NCBI GenBank assembly: GCA_043718065.1
Contig: JAYSWJ010000086.1
Location: forward strand, 8,456-72,455
Length of the DNA stretch: 64,000 nucleotides
Source of the DNA: Polaromonas sp.
Lineage (GTDB): Bacteria > Pseudomonadota > Gammaproteobacteria > Burkholderiales > Burkholderiaceae_C
Direction of reading: 5' to 3'
In this document: piece after piece, positions 62,196 to 64,000 of the stretch
Position numbering within the stretch: position 1 is the first letter of the stretch
How the letters are laid out: every line of letters begins with the position of its first letter
Made by a program: the position numbers and the translations under genes
The notes under the pieces: generated by a model
The model's database searches: none
What the model was told of the DNA's origin: nothing
Seen by the model: the letters and a program-made list of their open reading frames with translations, nothing else

Positions 62196-64000
62196 TTACT
62201 GCAGCGTGACTTCTACCCGCCGACCCTCTGCAGCGCTGGTAGCACCAGCTTGGATATCTTCAGGTTTTTTCAGCTCGACCTTGTCAGCAGGCGCACCCGA
62301 GGCGGTCAAAAGGTCGCGCACCGCAAAAGCACGTTGCTTGGCCAGTTCCTTGTTTTGGTCCATGTTGCCGCTAAGGTCAACATAGCCGCTAACTGCTGCT
62401 TTTTTACCTGCTGCAACACCCGCCAAGATGTCCTTGAGGGCATCTTTACCGCCTTGTGCTAAATCAGACTTGCCAGATGCAAAATAGAATTTCACCACGC
62501 CATTGTCTACTTTGACAGAGGCTGCATCACTTGCCATGGGGGTGGCACCAGCGCTAGCACCAGCAGCCGCGCTCGCTACGGCAGCAACGGGTGCTGCCAC
62601 AGGTGCACTGGCAGCCTTGCCACCATGAATCGACATCATCAAAGGCACGATCAATAGCGCCACGATGTTGATGATCTTAATGAGCGGGTTAATCGCAGGG
62701 CCTGCGGTATCTTTGTACGGGTCGCCTACGGTGTCGCCCGTGACAGCGGCTTTGTGGGTGTCCGAGCCCTTGCCGCCGTGGTTGCCGTCTTCAATATATT
62801 TCTTGGCGTTGTCCCACGCACCGCCACCGGTACACATAGAGATGGCCACAAACAAGCCAGTCACAATCGTGCCCATCAGAAGGCCGCCCAAGGCTGCAGG
62901 GCCCAATGTCAAGCCCACTACCACTGGAGCCACTACGGGCAACAGCGACGGGATCATCATTTCTTTAATGGCCGCTGTCGTCAGCATGTCCACTGCCGTG
63001 TCGTACTCAGGCTTGCCTGTGCCGTCCATGATGCCTTTGATATCGCGGAACTGGCGACGTACCTCCACCACCACGGCACCTGCAGCGCGGCCCACGGCCT
63101 CCATCGCCATGGCACCGAACAAATACGGAATCAACCCGCCGATGAACAAACCAATGATGACCATCGGGTTAGACAAATCAAAGGTAATGGCGTTGCCGTA
63201 GGCTTCTAGCTTGTGGGTGTAGTCGGCAAACAGCACCAATGCTGCCAAGCCTGCAGAGCCAATCGCATAGCCTTTGGTCACCGCTTTGGTGGTATTGCCC
63301 ACGGCGTCTAGTGGGTCGGTTACGTCGCGCACGCTTTTGGGCATTTCGGCCATTTCGGCAATGCCGCCAGCGTTGTCGGTGATAGGGCCATAGGCGTCCA
63401 GTGCCACCACAATACCTGCCATGCTGAGCATAGAGGTAGCTGCAATTGCAATGCCGTACAAACCAGCCAGTTTGAAGGCGGTGTAGATGGCAACGCAAAC
63501 AAAAATGACAGGCCAAGCGGTAGAGCGCATTGACACACCCAGGCCCGCAATAATGTTGGTGCCATGGCCGGTGGTAGACGCTTGCGCGATGTGCTTAACT
63601 GGTGCGTACTGCGTGCCGGTGTAGTACTCGGTAATCCACACCAAAGCGCCCGTGAGCACTAAGCCGACGATACATGTGCCAAACAGGCTCATGTGGGTGA
63701 CTACGCGCCCATCGGTGAGGGTGATAGCTTGGGGGAACATACTGGAGCTGACAAAGTAAAAGGCAATCAGCGACAAAACGCCTGCGACTGCCAAGCCTTT
63801 GTACAGCGCAGGCATAACGTTCTTCATACCAGGTGATGCCACTACAAAGAAGCAACCGATGATCGACGCTACGATGGATACCGCTCCGAGCATCAACGGG
63901 TACAGCACGGTGTTAGCACCGCCGCCGCTCACGAGCAAGGTGCCCAGTACCATAGTGGCAATTAAAGTAACCGCATAGGTCTCAAACAAGTCGGCGGCCA
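62196..64000 (-). CDS. hppA: Membrane-bound H+-translocating pyrophosphatase with C-terminal OmpA-like extension (N-terminus outside window)
   Basis: The conserved (GAD)LFETYAVT continues past base 64000. [29 protein letters not shown] and [11 protein letters not shown] are present. An extra 145 aa at the C-terminus ends in an OmpA_C-like domain. Confidence 0.85.
   Translation of the reverse strand, partial: AADLFETYAVTLIATMVLGTLLVSGGGANTVLYPLMLGAVSIVASIIGCFFVVASPGMKNVMPALYKGLAVAGVLSLIAFYFVSSSMFPQAITLTDGRVVTHMSLFGTCIVGLVLTGALVWITEYYTGTQYAPVKHIAQASTTGHGTNIIAGLGVSMRSTAWPVIFVCVAIYTAFKLAGLYGIAIAATSMLSMAGIVVALDAYGPITDNAGGIAEMAEMPKSVRDVTDPLDAVGNTTKAVTKGYAIGSAGLAALVLFADYTHKLEAYGNAITFDLSNPMVIIGLFIGGLIPYLFGAMAMEAVGRAAGAVVVEVRRQFRDIKGIMDGTGKPEYDTAVDMLTTAAIKEMMIPSLLPVVAPVVVGLTLGPAALGGLLMGTIVTGLFVAISMCTGGGAWDNAKKYIEDGNHGGKGSDTHKAAVTGDTVGDPYKDTAGPAINPLIKIINIVALLIVPLMMSIHGGKAASAPVAAPVAAVASAAAGASAGATPMASDAASVKVDNGVVKFYFASGKSDLAQGGKDALKDILAGVAAGKKAAVSGYVDLSGNMDQNKELAKQRAFAVRDLLTASGAPADKVELKKPEDIQAGATSAAEGRRVEVTLQ

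Overview
This is 64 kb of a GC-rich proteobacterial chromosome. The taxon is only an inference; gene order and intergenic repeats look betaproteobacterial/Burkholderiales-like. There are three blocks. (1) 1-16.1 kb holds core genes: rlmH (3' end)-maf-rng, a polysaccharide deacetylase/glycosyltransferase pair, a uronate-type sugar-acid oxidation cluster, a VapBC pair, mfd, and ispD-ispF. (2) About 16.5-56.9 kb is one apparently intact ~40.4 kb Mu-type transposable prophage. It carries an S24 repressor, Ner, a DDE transposase, a MuB-like ATPase, Gam-like, GemA and Mor genes, and lysis, packaging, head and siphovirus-type tail genes. It is bounded by inverted triplets of a GAGAT(A/G)-core repeat. 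(3) 57.1-64 kb holds an OpuC-type osmoprotectant ABC transporter, a DUF4397 lipoprotein, and an H+-pyrophosphatase with a C-terminal OmpA-like extension. The most interesting observations are all in the prophage. (a) The lysis-terminase-portal-F-G block is inverted and lies left of the repressor, so the late region is split into divergent units at opposite genome ends. (b) Three late units are each preceded, exactly 34 nt before their first ATG, by the same 18-bp dyad (AACTAAA-N4-TTTAGTT). None has a Shine-Dalgarno, which predicts Mor-type activation of leaderless mRNAs. (c) A 52-aa antisense membrane ORF sits where tail chaperones normally lie, and its promoter overlaps one of the dyads. (d) An AT-rich truncated paralog of the small-terminase DNA-binding domain lies at the extreme left end. 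(e) Two secreted proteins are translationally coupled to the repressor. I saw no CRISPR array, tRNA, rRNA, integrase or reverse transcriptase. All family assignments come from motif recognition by eye and need HMM/BLAST confirmation.
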